A stretch of 62,899 nt of DNA, counting the filler, from Trichomonas gallinae (lineage: Eukaryota): the NCBI GenBank assembly GCA_008369845.1. It is 8 parts of 8 records of this genome, joined end to end, with 100 filler letters (N's around TTAATTAATTAA, not from the genome) between each part and the next. Parts side by side here need not be neighbours in the genome. Positions count along the whole stretch, not along the records: positions 29,288 to 48,690 come from MRSU01000872.1; positions 48,791 to 52,425 come from MRSU01000873.1; 6 more parts are not named here. One strand, 5' to 3'. Shown here one piece after another: positions 41,913 to 52,525 of this stretch. Each line of letters begins with the position of its first letter. Within the stretch, counting starts at the first letter, position 1. The position numbers and the translations under genes are program-made. The notes below the pieces were generated by a model, which worked only from the letters and a program-made list of their open reading frames with translations, ran no database searches and was not told the origin of the DNA.

Positions 41913-43454
41913 CTATTTCTTAAATTCAAGAATATAAGCATTACAGATCCTCTGCGCAATACTAAGCAATGGTTTCTTGCACATTTCTGTATCAGCAACA
42001 ATTTTTGCGATTTGTTCTGCGATTCTATCTTTATTTCCAGCTAAAACTTGAAGTCCAACATTGACTCCTAGTTCAAACTGAACCCATGGATACAATTTTT
42101 GGCTGACAACAAATTGAAGTTTAAATCTCATAAAATCAGAATCTGATGCACGGCTGAATGTCATGTCAACAAATATCTGACCATTCTCTATTCTCATTGA
42201 AACGTTAGGAATTGATGCAGCAAGTGTCGCAATTTCGATTTCGAGAGATGTTTTGCGAGAATGAAAAGAAATATCGGAATAAAGGGTAGATATTGAATTA
42301 CCAGATGTAGATACATTAACAAATCTGTTCTGTGGTGTTGTTATTGTAGCAATTCCATTCTTAATCGATTTAATTGAAAACGGAAGAGATTGTTGAAGAG
42401 AAGTGAAATTATTGATGCGAGTTTGAATATCTCCACATTCCTTTTCTTCCTCACGGATTTTCTGGCGAATATCTTCTAGTTCTTGTATTTTTGCGATTGT
42501 TGGATCTGTTTTAAGGAATTTCTCACCAGAGTGGTAAATATTCTGTAGGTTTTTAATCGCTGTGATATAGTTAGAATAGCTGTTTTCCAATTCGAGAATT
42601 TGAGATAAAACAAAATTTGTAGCTTGGACATTAAATAATGTCATTAATGAATTCGATCTTGTGATGATTTGATTTATTTCGCTGACTTGAAGTTTATTAA
42701 GCGTGCGAAGAGTTTGTGGCGGATTTCTCTGCAATTCTTCTGATATTTCTGTAATTTGAGTAGTAAAATTATCATTCTTTTCTTGAAGGCTTTGTGATAT
42801 TAACTTAATATTGCGAATTGTATCAGAAAACATAAAATTGAAAAATAAATTCTGGAATTTTGGAGGTTCTATATATGCTAGACTCGAGAAATACAATTCT
42901 AAGTTGTTATTAACTGTCTGTTGAGTATCTTGGGCTTCCATATTTACGTAGATATCGATTAAATCTTTAATTGTTGGTGTTGCGAACTGATCGAAGCCAG
43001 TATCGACGATACTGATTTGCTTTGTTGATTCGTTAGGTCTGAAGAGCTGAATACTCGGCGAAGAATGCTCGTAAGAGTCTTTAAATAATGGCGGAGACGT
43101 TACTGGAGCATTTTCGTCAAACATGAATCTTTGGCGCACATTTCCATTTAGAAAATCGGAATTTGGACCGAATGAGCTTTTTGTATCAGCGACTGACGTT
43201 GGAAATAAAACTTCTGTTGAATCTGCAGCGATTTCTGATCTTAATCCTTTAGAATTCGGACTCCTTTCAAGTCTTGGTCGTGAGTAGATAGGATTTTGCG
43301 TGAAATCATCGTCTGGCTGTTGTGCGAGAAATTTTGTGCGCTTGGAATTCGAAAATGATGGGATATCTTGCGTAGTGTCGTCATTTGCAGCCGAATTAGC
43401 TGCGTTGGACCTCTTGAAACTGGAACGGAGCCTAGTTTCTCCGTTTAGTTGCAT
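41913..43454 (-). CDS. putative divergent kinetochore scaffold KNL1/Spc105
   Basis: Disordered N-terminus with RSSFK and KRTKF, a central coiled coil, and an RWD-like C-terminus (LEIEIATL...MTFS...FMRFKLQF...YP...GN...IAKIV...LLSIAQRI). Confidence 0.5.
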   Translation of the reverse strand: MQLNGETRLRSSFKRSNAANSAANDDTTQDIPSFSNSKRTKFLAQQPDDDFTQNPIYSRPRLERSPNSKGLRSEIAADSTEVLFPTSVADTKSSFGPNSDFLNGNVRQRFMFDENAPVTSPPLFKDSYEHSSPSIQLFRPNESTKQISIVDTGFDQFATPTIKDLIDIYVNMEAQDTQQTVNNNLELYFSSLAYIEPPKFQNLFFNFMFSDTIRNIKLISQSLQEKNDNFTTQITEISEELQRNPPQTLRTLNKLQVSEINQIITRSNSLMTLFNVQATNFVLSQILELENSYSNYITAIKNLQNIYHSGEKFLKTDPTIAKIQELEDIRQKIREEEKECGDIQTRINNFTSLQQSLPFSIKSIKNGIATITTPQNRFVNVSTSGNSISTLYSDISFHSRKTSLEIEIATLAASIPNVSMRIENGQIFVDMTFSRASDSDFMRFKLQFVVSQKLYPWVQFELGVNVGLQVLAGNKDRIAEQIAKIVADTEMCKKPLLSIAQRICNAYILEFKK

Positions 43455-44402
43455 TTAAGAAAAAAATTATAAACTACTTGTCACTTTTATACAATCTTAT
43501 TTTGCTTTCACAGACTTAATAAATCACTTTCATAGAAAATTATCTGTGCTAAATGCTACATCATTGGACATAGTATTTATATACTGAAATTAACACATTT
43601 TTTCAAAATATTTATTCGTACAAATGTGATACGGACAAATTTTTTCATGCTTGCGTTATAGATCATAAGAATCTGTCACATGCATATAGCAATAGGAGAT
43701 GCATGATTGGACATCAGTCTCAGATCTTTTATTACATTTAAATCAAAAAATAAATTCAAATTAAAAACATGATCAATTAAAACTCAAAGTTTATAATCAA
43801 TATATGCTGAGCTTCACCAATTTGATTTGCGAAACATCGAGCACACATATATGTAATCTCATTCCGGGAAAAATCATTGTTTCTGTTTCTTATTTAAGCA
43901 TCAAGTCTACTTTTATCTTTAAAAGCATCAACGCAATCTGACAGAGAGGCAGCACCAAGCTTTCAAGGCAGAGAGTGTCAGAGCAGAACTTTCTGGTCAT
44001 CTTCGAAACCCTCAAGAGCGCAAACATTCCTCATCTTGACATGAAAACAAGTTAACTTCTTTGAAGCTCAAGAAATTCTATTGCAATTTAAAGCTTGCCG
44101 TACTGAGTTGAATACTAGGATGATATATGCATGATATTCAGTTGATCTAGACTAATATTTTTTCGTCATACTCTGAGTTTGCGCCGTTTATAATAGAATT
44201 TCTAATAATAAACTTGAGGATTCCTTGTATAACATATATAGCTTAATTCAAATTATAAATAATAAAATTTTCTTTGTTTTTAATGATTTGGGTTTAATTT
44301 TTGAATTTTTAAATATTTCGCAAAAAAATTGTTGTTTTTCTCAGTTCGGTTCTAATTTCAGCTATATTTCATTATGATGCATCTTAGAATTCATTTTATT
44401 AT

Positions 44403-45722
44403 ATGGGAAAATGGAATTTTATCATGCGACATGTAACCTTGCCAAGGATGCTTGTTGCATCAGCAGTATTTTGTTTTCTCATGGATTTATTCCCACACCT
44501 TGCACAATTAAGTCATTTAAAGTCATACAAAGAAAATCAATTTGATAATGTTATTGATTATAAAAAATTAAATAAAGTAATCGATTCAACTAGGCTAGAT
44601 ATACTCAAATTATGCACATCATGCACTTTCGCAATATTTTTGTTCCTTTTAATTGGCTGTATTTATAACAAAACAGGCAGTAATTATCTTTTTCTTCTCA
44701 TTTCATCAAGTATCGAGTTTATATTCGTTACACTACCATTTAGTTACCTCGAAGTTACAAAAATCGACGCAAAATATAATTCGAATATCATAGGATATAC
44801 AAAAAGTGACTTCCTGAAGTTAATAATGAATCATGGATCTATAGTTCTTGGTCAAGCACTCGGAATTCTATTTCTAAGTTGTTTTGCAAGATGCACACAT
44901 CTTGAAGTGCATCCCGACGAAAATGATGCACAGACAAATCAGTTTGACCCGAATGAAAATACTACTCCGGTACAAACTCAGACTCGCAAATGCAGATGTG
45001 CATTTTGGATGTTAATTCCAACAATTGCAATGCCTGGACTGTTCCTTTTAACAGCATATCTGCCAGACATCTTGATGAACTCAGAACCACCTGGAACATA
45101 TAAAAATGTTTCAGTTTGGGATAAAAATAATCAAATTCTAAAACTTTCCGAAAAAGTTGGATTTCCATATAACGATATTCATATCAGCCACTCTATTAGA
45201 GATGCAAACACCCCAAACGCATATTTCAGCGGCATTATAACGAAGAAAGTTATGATTACAAACACTCTAATGGAAGTTTTAGATATATATCATGTTTCTG
45301 CAGTTGTTGGCCATGAGCTGGGCCATTACAAGCATAATGATATTGTAATTTCTCTATTATTGATGTATGTGAATATCTTACTTGTCACATTTGTTGTTTA
45401 CGTCATACAAAAGAAGGGATTATCAGAACTAGGTTTATCATATAAAATGCCAGTTGCCATTGTCTTATTTGTGTCAATTACTTTATTCAAACCAGTTTAC
45501 GCATTGTATCGCCCAATATTCAATGCCGTTGTTCGACACGAAGAGAACAGAGCCGATTGCTTTGCAGCTAATCTTGGACTCCCAATTGGCGAAGCATTGA
45601 CTGGTTTATTTAAGGCAGTTCATCAAACATTTGATCCATCACCATTTTTTGTTTTTGTTTATCATAACCATCCTTCACTAAGCGAGAGACTTTCTAATAT
45701 TGCCAAATGCAAAGCAAAGTGA
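44403..45722 (+). CDS. Ste24/CAAX-protease-like M48 zinc metalloprotease
   Basis: Multiple TM segments; PNAYFSG, AVVGHELGH (HExxH), EENRAD, HPSLSERL. Confidence 0.88.
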   Translation: MGKWNFIMRHVTLPRMLVASAVFCFLMDLFPHLAQLSHLKSYKENQFDNVIDYKKLNKVIDSTRLDILKLCTSCTFAIFLFLLIGCIYNKTGSNYLFLLISSSIEFIFVTLPFSYLEVTKIDAKYNSNIIGYTKSDFLKLIMNHGSIVLGQALGILFLSCFARCTHLEVHPDENDAQTNQFDPNENTTPVQTQTRKCRCAFWMLIPTIAMPGLFLLTAYLPDILMNSEPPGTYKNVSVWDKNNQILKLSEKVGFPYNDIHISHSIRDANTPNAYFSGIITKKVMITNTLMEVLDIYHVSAVVGHELGHYKHNDIVISLLLMYVNILLVTFVVYVIQKKGLSELGLSYKMPVAIVLFVSITLFKPVYALYRPIFNAVVRHEENRADCFAANLGLPIGEALTGLFKAVHQTFDPSPFFVFVYHNHPSLSERLSNIAKCKAK

Positions 45723-46140
45723 AATGTATTTATTATATAAAGCATCTTCTATATGTTAATTTCCATTTGGCTAAAATAGTATTTTTCTTGATTAAATATA
45801 CTTGCAGTAAACTTCCTAACAGAACCAGAGCCTTAATACTTCTACTATATAATTACCTTATTCACACAAGTATAATATTTAGCTTACTAAGATATTTTAT
45901 TTGGAATCTTTGGAGTTTTGAATATTGAATTTTATTATTTGCTTCTTTTTCATTTATTTTACAGAGAATATATCTTTGTGTTTAAAAATTAGTATACTCT
46001 TTTTATTCATATTAATATTTATAGGATTTTTAGTTTCATTTAATAGATTGAGAAATTTGCCAAATATGATTGTAAACTGACAAATATATTTGTAAAATGT
46101 CAAATCCCAAAAATTAGACACTTTTATAAAACATTTCAAA

Positions 46141-46674
46141 ATGATTAGCGATCGCAGCTTGAGTCTTGATGAAGAAGCTGCATTGTATCAAGCTGTGCTC
46201 TATAATATTTCGACAGAAGAGTCAGAAGTTTTATTTACAGTGCCAAAATCGCGACCAGTATCAAGAGACAAATCATCTGGAAATTCAAGCCTTATTTGCT
46301 ATAGATGCGGACAAATTGGACATATGGCATCAACATGCCGTGAAGAATTGCCTTCATTAGAAGAATTAGAGAAACAAAATTTAGACGAGGCCGATGAAGT
46401 TGTTCAACAACTGACAAGCGGTTCAGGATATTATACAGATGAAATGGGCCCATACAAAGTTACATCAGATCATCCAGGCATTGATCATTCAAAATCATGG
46501 AAAAATGGTGTGTTTTGCATCAATTGTGGTCTATTTGGTCATCAACATACACATTGCCAGAAGCCTAACTACGGGTTTCTTGCAAAAGAGCTTGGAAAAT
46601 ATTACACAAATAATTTCACTCATCTGAATAAGCCAATAGCTGATATAGAAGAATTGTTTGAAGATCTTTGTTAA
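46141..46674 (+). CDS. CCHC zinc-knuckle protein
   Basis: CYRCGQIGHMASTC and CINCGLFGHQHTHC. Confidence 0.85.
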   Translation: MISDRSLSLDEEAALYQAVLYNISTEESEVLFTVPKSRPVSRDKSSGNSSLICYRCGQIGHMASTCREELPSLEELEKQNLDEADEVVQQLTSGSGYYTDEMGPYKVTSDHPGIDHSKSWKNGVFCINCGLFGHQHTHCQKPNYGFLAKELGKYYTNNFTHLNKPIADIEELFEDLC

Positions 46675-46857
46675 TATAATTTGTTTTTATTTTGTAAATA
46701 TTATTTTTTCATATTTCAATTTTCGTATATAAGTTCTGAACACAATATTGATGTTAAAGTCTTCCAAACGGAAATATTATTAATCATATAATGTGTAAAA
46801 TATCTTTATATCTCATTTTTGGCATTACGTGACAAATAGAATTGAAATATTTTCAAT

Positions 46858-46869
46858 TTACATGTCAAA
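46858..46869. promoter_or_regulatory. TTTGACATGTAA upstream motif (reverse orientation)
   Basis: TTACATGTCAAA ~27 bp upstream of ATG 46896. Confidence 0.55.
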
Positions 46870-46895
46870 TAATTATTTATTCGTCAAAATTATGT

Positions 46896-47921
46896 ATGAC
46901 GAATGATATTCATTTTCAAGACGATGTTGAATGTGAACAAATTGTTTGCGCGAGACAGTTCATGATAGAAACGATTGAACATTTAAATAATACATGTGAA
47001 TTGATAGATTCGACCATACCAAAGGTTGATGATCAAATTAATTCTGCTGAAGCATCTGAGATTATAAAAGTATGTGTATCAGTGAAACAGTTTCTTTTGC
47101 AACTTCATCAAAGACTAATTGATCAGATTTACTGTTTAGAACAAAGTGTTGAACAATTAATTGGATTAATTGAAGAATACTCAGCGAATAAACAATCATT
47201 ACAAAAAGTTCTTAGCTCCAGTGACTCGCAAGCCATGCAATGCATTCAAACAAGCGTCGAATCATTGGAAAAAGTCGCAATTATTTACTCTAAACTAACT
47301 ATGGCTACTAAGGATCGTAACACATCCCAGTCAAAAGCTGTTAAAGAAATCAAACAGCTTCTAAAGCAATACAATGAAGCAAAATTACAATTGAATGCAA
47401 CAAAATCTCAATGCGTGATAAAAACGGAAATAGCTACGCACCAGCATATAGGCTATACAGAGAATATTCGACAAAAACAAAAACAGATTTTAGAAAAATT
47501 TTCTACAATTTTAAGTTGTGCTGTTGAAACGATTATCAATTCATTTTCAAGTCTCTCCACATCTGAGAAAGTCTTGAAAATCGATCGCAAACCTCTGCAA
47601 GTTAAATTCAGAGAATTTGAAGTTCCTGAATTTAAGCCTTACATATTTAGGAATAAGCACCACATGCTCAACCCAGCAGAAGCACCACGTATCTACTCAG
47701 TTATTGTTCCATTTGGCGTTGCAGAAGTTAATTCTGAATTTGTTGCAAATGGAAGAACTTTTATTCCTGGAGAAAAAGTGATTATGGTGGATAACATGGA
47801 CCGTCCATTTGCTGCGGTTGAGATCAATATGAAAATATTCTATGTACCAATACAATTTTTAACTGTTCTTAAGAGCGGTCCTCCATCAAATGCTGGACCT
47901 ATAAGTATCAGCACTTCTTAA
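46896..47921 (+). CDS. helical (BAR-like) protein with degenerate C-terminal SH3-like domain
   Basis: Long amphipathic helices followed by AEVNSEFVA...IPGEKVIMVD...FYVPIQFL. Confidence 0.5.
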   Translation: MTNDIHFQDDVECEQIVCARQFMIETIEHLNNTCELIDSTIPKVDDQINSAEASEIIKVCVSVKQFLLQLHQRLIDQIYCLEQSVEQLIGLIEEYSANKQSLQKVLSSSDSQAMQCIQTSVESLEKVAIIYSKLTMATKDRNTSQSKAVKEIKQLLKQYNEAKLQLNATKSQCVIKTEIATHQHIGYTENIRQKQKQILEKFSTILSCAVETIINSFSSLSTSEKVLKIDRKPLQVKFREFEVPEFKPYIFRNKHHMLNPAEAPRIYSVIVPFGVAEVNSEFVANGRTFIPGEKVIMVDNMDRPFAAVEINMKIFYVPIQFLTVLKSGPPSNAGPISISTS

Positions 47922-48309
47922 TTTAGCTCATTTACTTTTTTTTATATTACAAATTCCATAATTATGCCATTAAATCTCCAGAAAGTCTTATTGTCGAGCA
48001 TTTCATGTGTTATCAAGGCATTATCAACTAATTCAAGCCTAATTAGGGAATCATTGAAAAAAATTATATTTTGTTATCGATTCTTCGGTTAAATATGTAC
48101 TCTATTATATATAAAATTCAATCAGTATCATATTATTAGAAAAAATAAGTTTAAAATAAATAAATATTTCAAAATAATTTAATACTTAAGGAAAATCAAT
48201 CATATTTCTGAGGAATAAATAAAACCCAGGCACTCGTTGATGTAGAATGATATCATAATCAAATAAAAAATTCAATTTTGATAAAAATATTTTATTAGCT
48301 CAAAACGCT

Positions 48310-48690
48310 TTACTTGCGTGGTGGAAGGCCAGCAGCCTGAAGGCGTTCATTGAGGGCCTTGCGCTTCTCTTCGAAGGAAAGCTTCTTTGTCTGTGGGACC
48401 TTTGGAGCATGCTTCTTCTTCATGTCCTCAGCGTGCTTCTTCTTGTCCTTGATCTCTGTGGCAGCTGGGTTCTTTCTGATAGCAGCATGAGCATCCTTGT
48501 AGAGCTTCTCAAGGGAGTCGGCTGTGATGCCGGCCTTGACGTAGCGGGAGAACTGCTTGTTGTACTTGTCCTCGTTCTCCTTCTTGAGCTTGCGCATGTA
48601 GTCAGCGATGGCACCACCATAGATGTAGTACTGGTTGCCCTTGACGATCTTGTCCTTGGCAACATCCTTGCGGTCCTTTGTGGCATCCTT
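48310..48690 (-). CDS. RPL5: 60S ribosomal protein L5 (uL18), 3' fragment cut by contig end
   Basis: YIYGGAIADYMRKLKKENEDKYNKQFSRY...LEKLYKDAHAAIRKNP; strong codon bias. Confidence 0.93.
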   Translation of the reverse strand, partial: KDATKDRKDVAKDKIVKGNQYYIYGGAIADYMRKLKKENEDKYNKQFSRYVKAGITADSLEKLYKDAHAAIRKNPAATEIKDKKKHAEDMKKKHAPKVPQTKKLSFEEKRKALNERLQAAGLPPRK

Positions 48691-48790
48691 NNNNNNNNNN
48701 NNNNNNNNNNNNNNNNNNNNNNNNNNNNNNNNNNTTAATTAATTAANNNNNNNNNNNNNNNNNNNNNNNNNNNNNNNNNNNNNNNNNNNN
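48691..48790. other. artificial contig linker
   Basis: N44-TTAATTAATTAA-N44. Confidence 0.97.
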
Positions 48791-48867
48791 TGGTACCATT
48801 ATTTTGTAAACTAAAATTGAGAGATGACCGTCAGATTCACTTATGACCCTCAAATTCATATACGGTA
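48791..48867. mobile_element. terminus of putative pogo/Tc2-like element, copy 2
   Basis: Identical to 12138-12208 over 71 bp; ends ATATACGG-TA; lies at a contig start. Confidence 0.55.
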
Positions 48868-48936
48868 TATTAGTTTTGGATGAGAAAAGAATAAATTAGG
48901 GTCCGAAAGTGTCAAACCCTAAATTTACGTTTAGAA

Positions 48937-51900
48937 ATGGGCGAATTCGTTGAATTTCGGCAGCCAGTCCATTTCGGCGGTGTTAGAGAAGTTCATGGCG
49001 ACCCATATGGAAATTCGATAATATCTATCGGTCAAGATGATGGAAGACTGCAGAAATTAAACGAAACAGATCTGAGCGATGCTGCAAACTCAAATTTGGA
49101 TAAATTATCTGACGACAATTTGTGCTCTGCGTCATTTTGCTCAGACCACAAAACTTTAATTTGCGGAGGAAACAGCAAAATTTTATATAAAGTTAATTGG
49201 CCTGAAGCATCAAACATTAAAACAATAATTACACTACCATACAGTATAGCTACTGTATCCTGTTCAGGTCGTGGCACTTTGGTGCTTGTAACTTGCCAAA
49301 ACAAAAAATTTTTCGTAATTGATTATTCAAAATCTTCGATTATTTACGAAAACTCATCAAAATCAGATATACTATGGGCTAAAATGAGTCTTGATGCCCA
49401 GTATTTTGCAGTATATTCACAAAATCAGAAACTAATTATCTACAATTCGACAGATTTTAATATTATGCGAGAAAAAGACATAATATGCAATGAAGGATCA
49501 CTTTCATGGGGATATCCTTCATTTTTGATATATAGTTCTCCAGAAGAAAGTTCGAAATTTACAATTCTCGACGTAAGCCAACAAACAGAGGACATTTTCA
49601 CTGTCACAGACATAAATTTGCCTATAAAATTCATGACAATATCAGCAAGAGATTTCATTGCCGCATTAGATAATAATAACGAAGTTTTTGTTTTCGCGAG
49701 ACCTGAGAATTTAAACAATGGTAAGCACTCCATTAAGTCCCAATTCAGCAAAAAGCTCGAAATGCCGACAATTAAATGCATAAATTGGTGCATTAGCTCT
49801 ATAATCGGCGGAAATGACGATGGAGAGATTTTCAAGCTAGAATGCAGTCAGTTAACTGATATGCAGACTCCAGCTACCGATGAAATCGAAGAACCAACGA
49901 TGCAGGACTTTTTATCAGATAAATCAGATAATGAAGAAGAAAAAACAGAGAAACCAAAGAAATCAATCGCTGAAGCTTTCGGAGGCCTCAAGGCGACAAT
50001 GAAGGACACAGATACAGTCCACAAAAAGAAGCTAACGAAGGCAAAAAGTCATGCAAAACAACAAAAACTTGATTTAGTTGCAATTCCTAAGACAACAACG
50101 AAAATAAAGAATCCTAAGCCAGTTAAACAAGTAGACAGTGACGAAGAAGCAGCAGCCGCAGCTCCAATCATCGAAGATGATGAATCAAAGAATTTCTTGT
50201 CAGAATCTGATGAAGAACCACAAACAAACACAGAAACAAAATCAGAAGAAGAGAAAACAAAGGTTGAAGTACAAAAACCACAACAAAACTGGTTAGATTC
50301 AGATGAAGAATCTGCACCACCGAAAGTTCCTCCTAACTCAGAAGACAGACTTGTCGACTATGATGATGATTTCAATGCTCCTCCTCTGCCAACAAACTTC
50401 AGTGACGACGAATTCGAGAATTTTGAAACAAAATCTACATTTACGGAAACATTGAGCCACACATTCATACCAGGTGCAGTAGAAGTCATTGGTGATGAGG
50501 AACACATAATCTGCTACAATTCTTCCGCGATTTGCATCCAGGGATTTAAAGAATTCGGCGAAAAATGCGTAAAAGTCTTAAGAGTCGACTCCATAGAGCC
50601 TTTTGACATCATAGATGGACGTGACGCAAGCAATGTTAAATATGTATCAATGTACGGGCCAAATCTAATTGTGAGCTCCTACACATCATATCTTTTGAAG
50701 GTCTACAGCGAAACAGGTGAAGCAATTCACGAAACAAGAGGTGAACTTGCTGATGGAGAATCAGCTGTTTTAGTTGCGGCTGGTTCTTCATTCTTCGCGA
50801 TAGCAACATCATTGAACAGACTCCACGTTCTCGATGCTGCGGGAGTAGTTTTGGCGAGCTTGGAAATTGAAGGAAGACTCATATCAATGGCTGCGTGCGA
50901 AGAATTTTTAATCGTCGTCAGCGGCGGTTTGCACAGATTCGAAGTCTTCGACATAGACAACAGGAAATCTGTTGCCAAAGGTTTATTAGCTGGCAAGCAG
51001 CCTCTCAGATGGATCGGTTTCGATCCGATGACAAAAGAAGCATATATACAGAGCGGCGACAACATCATTTTCAAACTCAACGATAATTTCGGAACATTAT
51101 GGACACCTGTGCTTGACTTGAACAGCGAACTAAATAATAATGAATCATTCTATTGCGCATATGTAGATGATGGAGTCATCTATGGTTATGTTATCGAGCA
51201 AGGAAAACAAGTTCCTTCGCAAATTCCTCTACCGCATTTGATATCATTTAGGACATCACCGATAACGATTAATTCTGCCAACTCTAGTTTGGCAGTAAGA
51301 AATCCAGACGGCACAGCAATACTGGAGAGGTTCAGGGACTGCTTAGTCGAGAGGAAGTTCTTGCAGGCCGTCCAAGTCGTACAGTTGACTGATGACGAAA
51401 CGATCCATCAGCGCGCTTTAGAATTCGCGTTGATCCGAGGCGAAAACGCTGTTGTATCGAGAATAGAAGAGTTCATGAACAGGCCGAAGGAGAAAGACTT
51501 CATATTCAGAGACAAGCCAGTCAAGCGCTGCGAGTTGAGGAGAACAAGACCACCACCTGAAATAGAGGAAGAAGAAGAAAACGAAGCATTAGAAACAGAA
51601 ACAAATAAGAGCAAGCAGCAACAGAAACAACAGCAAGAACCACAAAGGGCAGCGATATTCGATATCAGCAACCTCGGCAGGAAGAAGAAGATGATCAGTT
51701 CGGATGATGAAGAGTTGCTCAATGATTTGGAAGACGTTCCACCACCGCAGAAGTCAACGACGAAATCGAGGAAGAAATCACACGAAGAAGAAACAGAAGA
51801 AAGAGAAAAGCCAAAGAAGAAGAAAGAGCAAAAGAAGAAGAAGGAAGAAAAAGAAAAGCCAAAGAAGAAAGAGCAAAAGAAGAAGAGACTTGCAGACGAT

Positions 51901-52047
51901 TCAGGGTCAAGCGAAGAAGAGAAAGAAGTCGTGGAAGAGAAAGAACAAACAAAGAAGAAGAAATCAACGAAGAAGACATCAAAGTGCCTCGTTGGATCAA
52001 GGAAACCTACTGGTATTGCATCGCTTTCATCCTTTGGTTTCTCATGA
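48937..52047 (+). CDS. WDHD1: AND-1/WDHD1/Ctf4-like replisome hub protein
   Basis: N-terminal WD40-like region, acidic linker, SepB-like domain (HTFIPGA...ICYNS, AIATSLNRLHVL, LRWIGFD, WTPVLD), and a K/E-rich tail ending LSSFGFS. Confidence 0.72.
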   Translation: MGEFVEFRQPVHFGGVREVHGDPYGNSIISIGQDDGRLQKLNETDLSDAANSNLDKLSDDNLCSASFCSDHKTLICGGNSKILYKVNWPEASNIKTIITLPYSIATVSCSGRGTLVLVTCQNKKFFVIDYSKSSIIYENSSKSDILWAKMSLDAQYFAVYSQNQKLIIYNSTDFNIMREKDIICNEGSLSWGYPSFLIYSSPEESSKFTILDVSQQTEDIFTVTDINLPIKFMTISARDFIAALDNNNEVFVFARPENLNNGKHSIKSQFSKKLEMPTIKCINWCISSIIGGNDDGEIFKLECSQLTDMQTPATDEIEEPTMQDFLSDKSDNEEEKTEKPKKSIAEAFGGLKATMKDTDTVHKKKLTKAKSHAKQQKLDLVAIPKTTTKIKNPKPVKQVDSDEEAAAAAPIIEDDESKNFLSESDEEPQTNTETKSEEEKTKVEVQKPQQNWLDSDEESAPPKVPPNSEDRLVDYDDDFNAPPLPTNFSDDEFENFETKSTFTETLSHTFIPGAVEVIGDEEHIICYNSSAICIQGFKEFGEKCVKVLRVDSIEPFDIIDGRDASNVKYVSMYGPNLIVSSYTSYLLKVYSETGEAIHETRGELADGESAVLVAAGSSFFAIATSLNRLHVLDAAGVVLASLEIEGRLISMAACEEFLIVVSGGLHRFEVFDIDNRKSVAKGLLAGKQPLRWIGFDPMTKEAYIQSGDNIIFKLNDNFGTLWTPVLDLNSELNNNESFYCAYVDDGVIYGYVIEQGKQVPSQIPLPHLISFRTSPITINSANSSLAVRNPDGTAILERFRDCLVERKFLQAVQVVQLTDDETIHQRALEFALIRGENAVVSRIEEFMNRPKEKDFIFRDKPVKRCELRRTRPPPEIEEEEENEALETETNKSKQQQKQQQEPQRAAIFDISNLGRKKKMISSDDEELLNDLEDVPPPQKSTTKSRKKSHEEETEEREKPKKKKEQKKKKEEKEKPKKKEQKKKRLADDSGSSEEEKEVVEEKEQTKKKKSTKKTSKCLVGSRKPTGIASLSSFGFS

Positions 52048-52425
52048 TTTTTTGAATTTATATAAATATAATACTTTTAAATTTTAAATTTATTTCTACT
52101 TTCTCTATATCTTATTACATTTAAATTAAAACATTAATTATCGCTTTTATTTACGAGATATTGAATTGATTTTAATATATAATTGATATTGAAAATTAAT
52201 AATATTATAATATTTATATATTATTGTTACGAGACATAATAAATAGTGTTTAAAGAAGAAATAGCACAACTTTAAAATGTATTATAGTCCCCCAAAAATT
52301 TATTTCTGAGCATGGTCAATTGCCAAGGTCAATTTTTCATCATTCAATTCAAAATTTGACCTTGTCAAAAAAACAAATTTTGGGCTTATCAAAATTGAAA
52401 TAGAGCTAAATAATTGAGAGCTAGA

Positions 52426-52525
52426 NNNNNNNNNNNNNNNNNNNNNNNNNNNNNNNNNNNNNNNNNNNNTTAATTAATTAANNNNNNNNNNNNNNNNNNN
52501 NNNNNNNNNNNNNNNNNNNNNNNNN
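52426..52525. other. artificial contig linker
   Basis: N44-TTAATTAATTAA-N44. Confidence 0.97.

Noticed and set aside
43900..44130. GC-richer intergenic patch
   Set aside because: Possibly a gene relic, but it has no sustained frame or recognisable motif.
51770..51980. AAG/GAA-rich repeat
   Set aside because: Encodes the Lys/Glu low-complexity tail of the AND-1-like protein; not an independent element.
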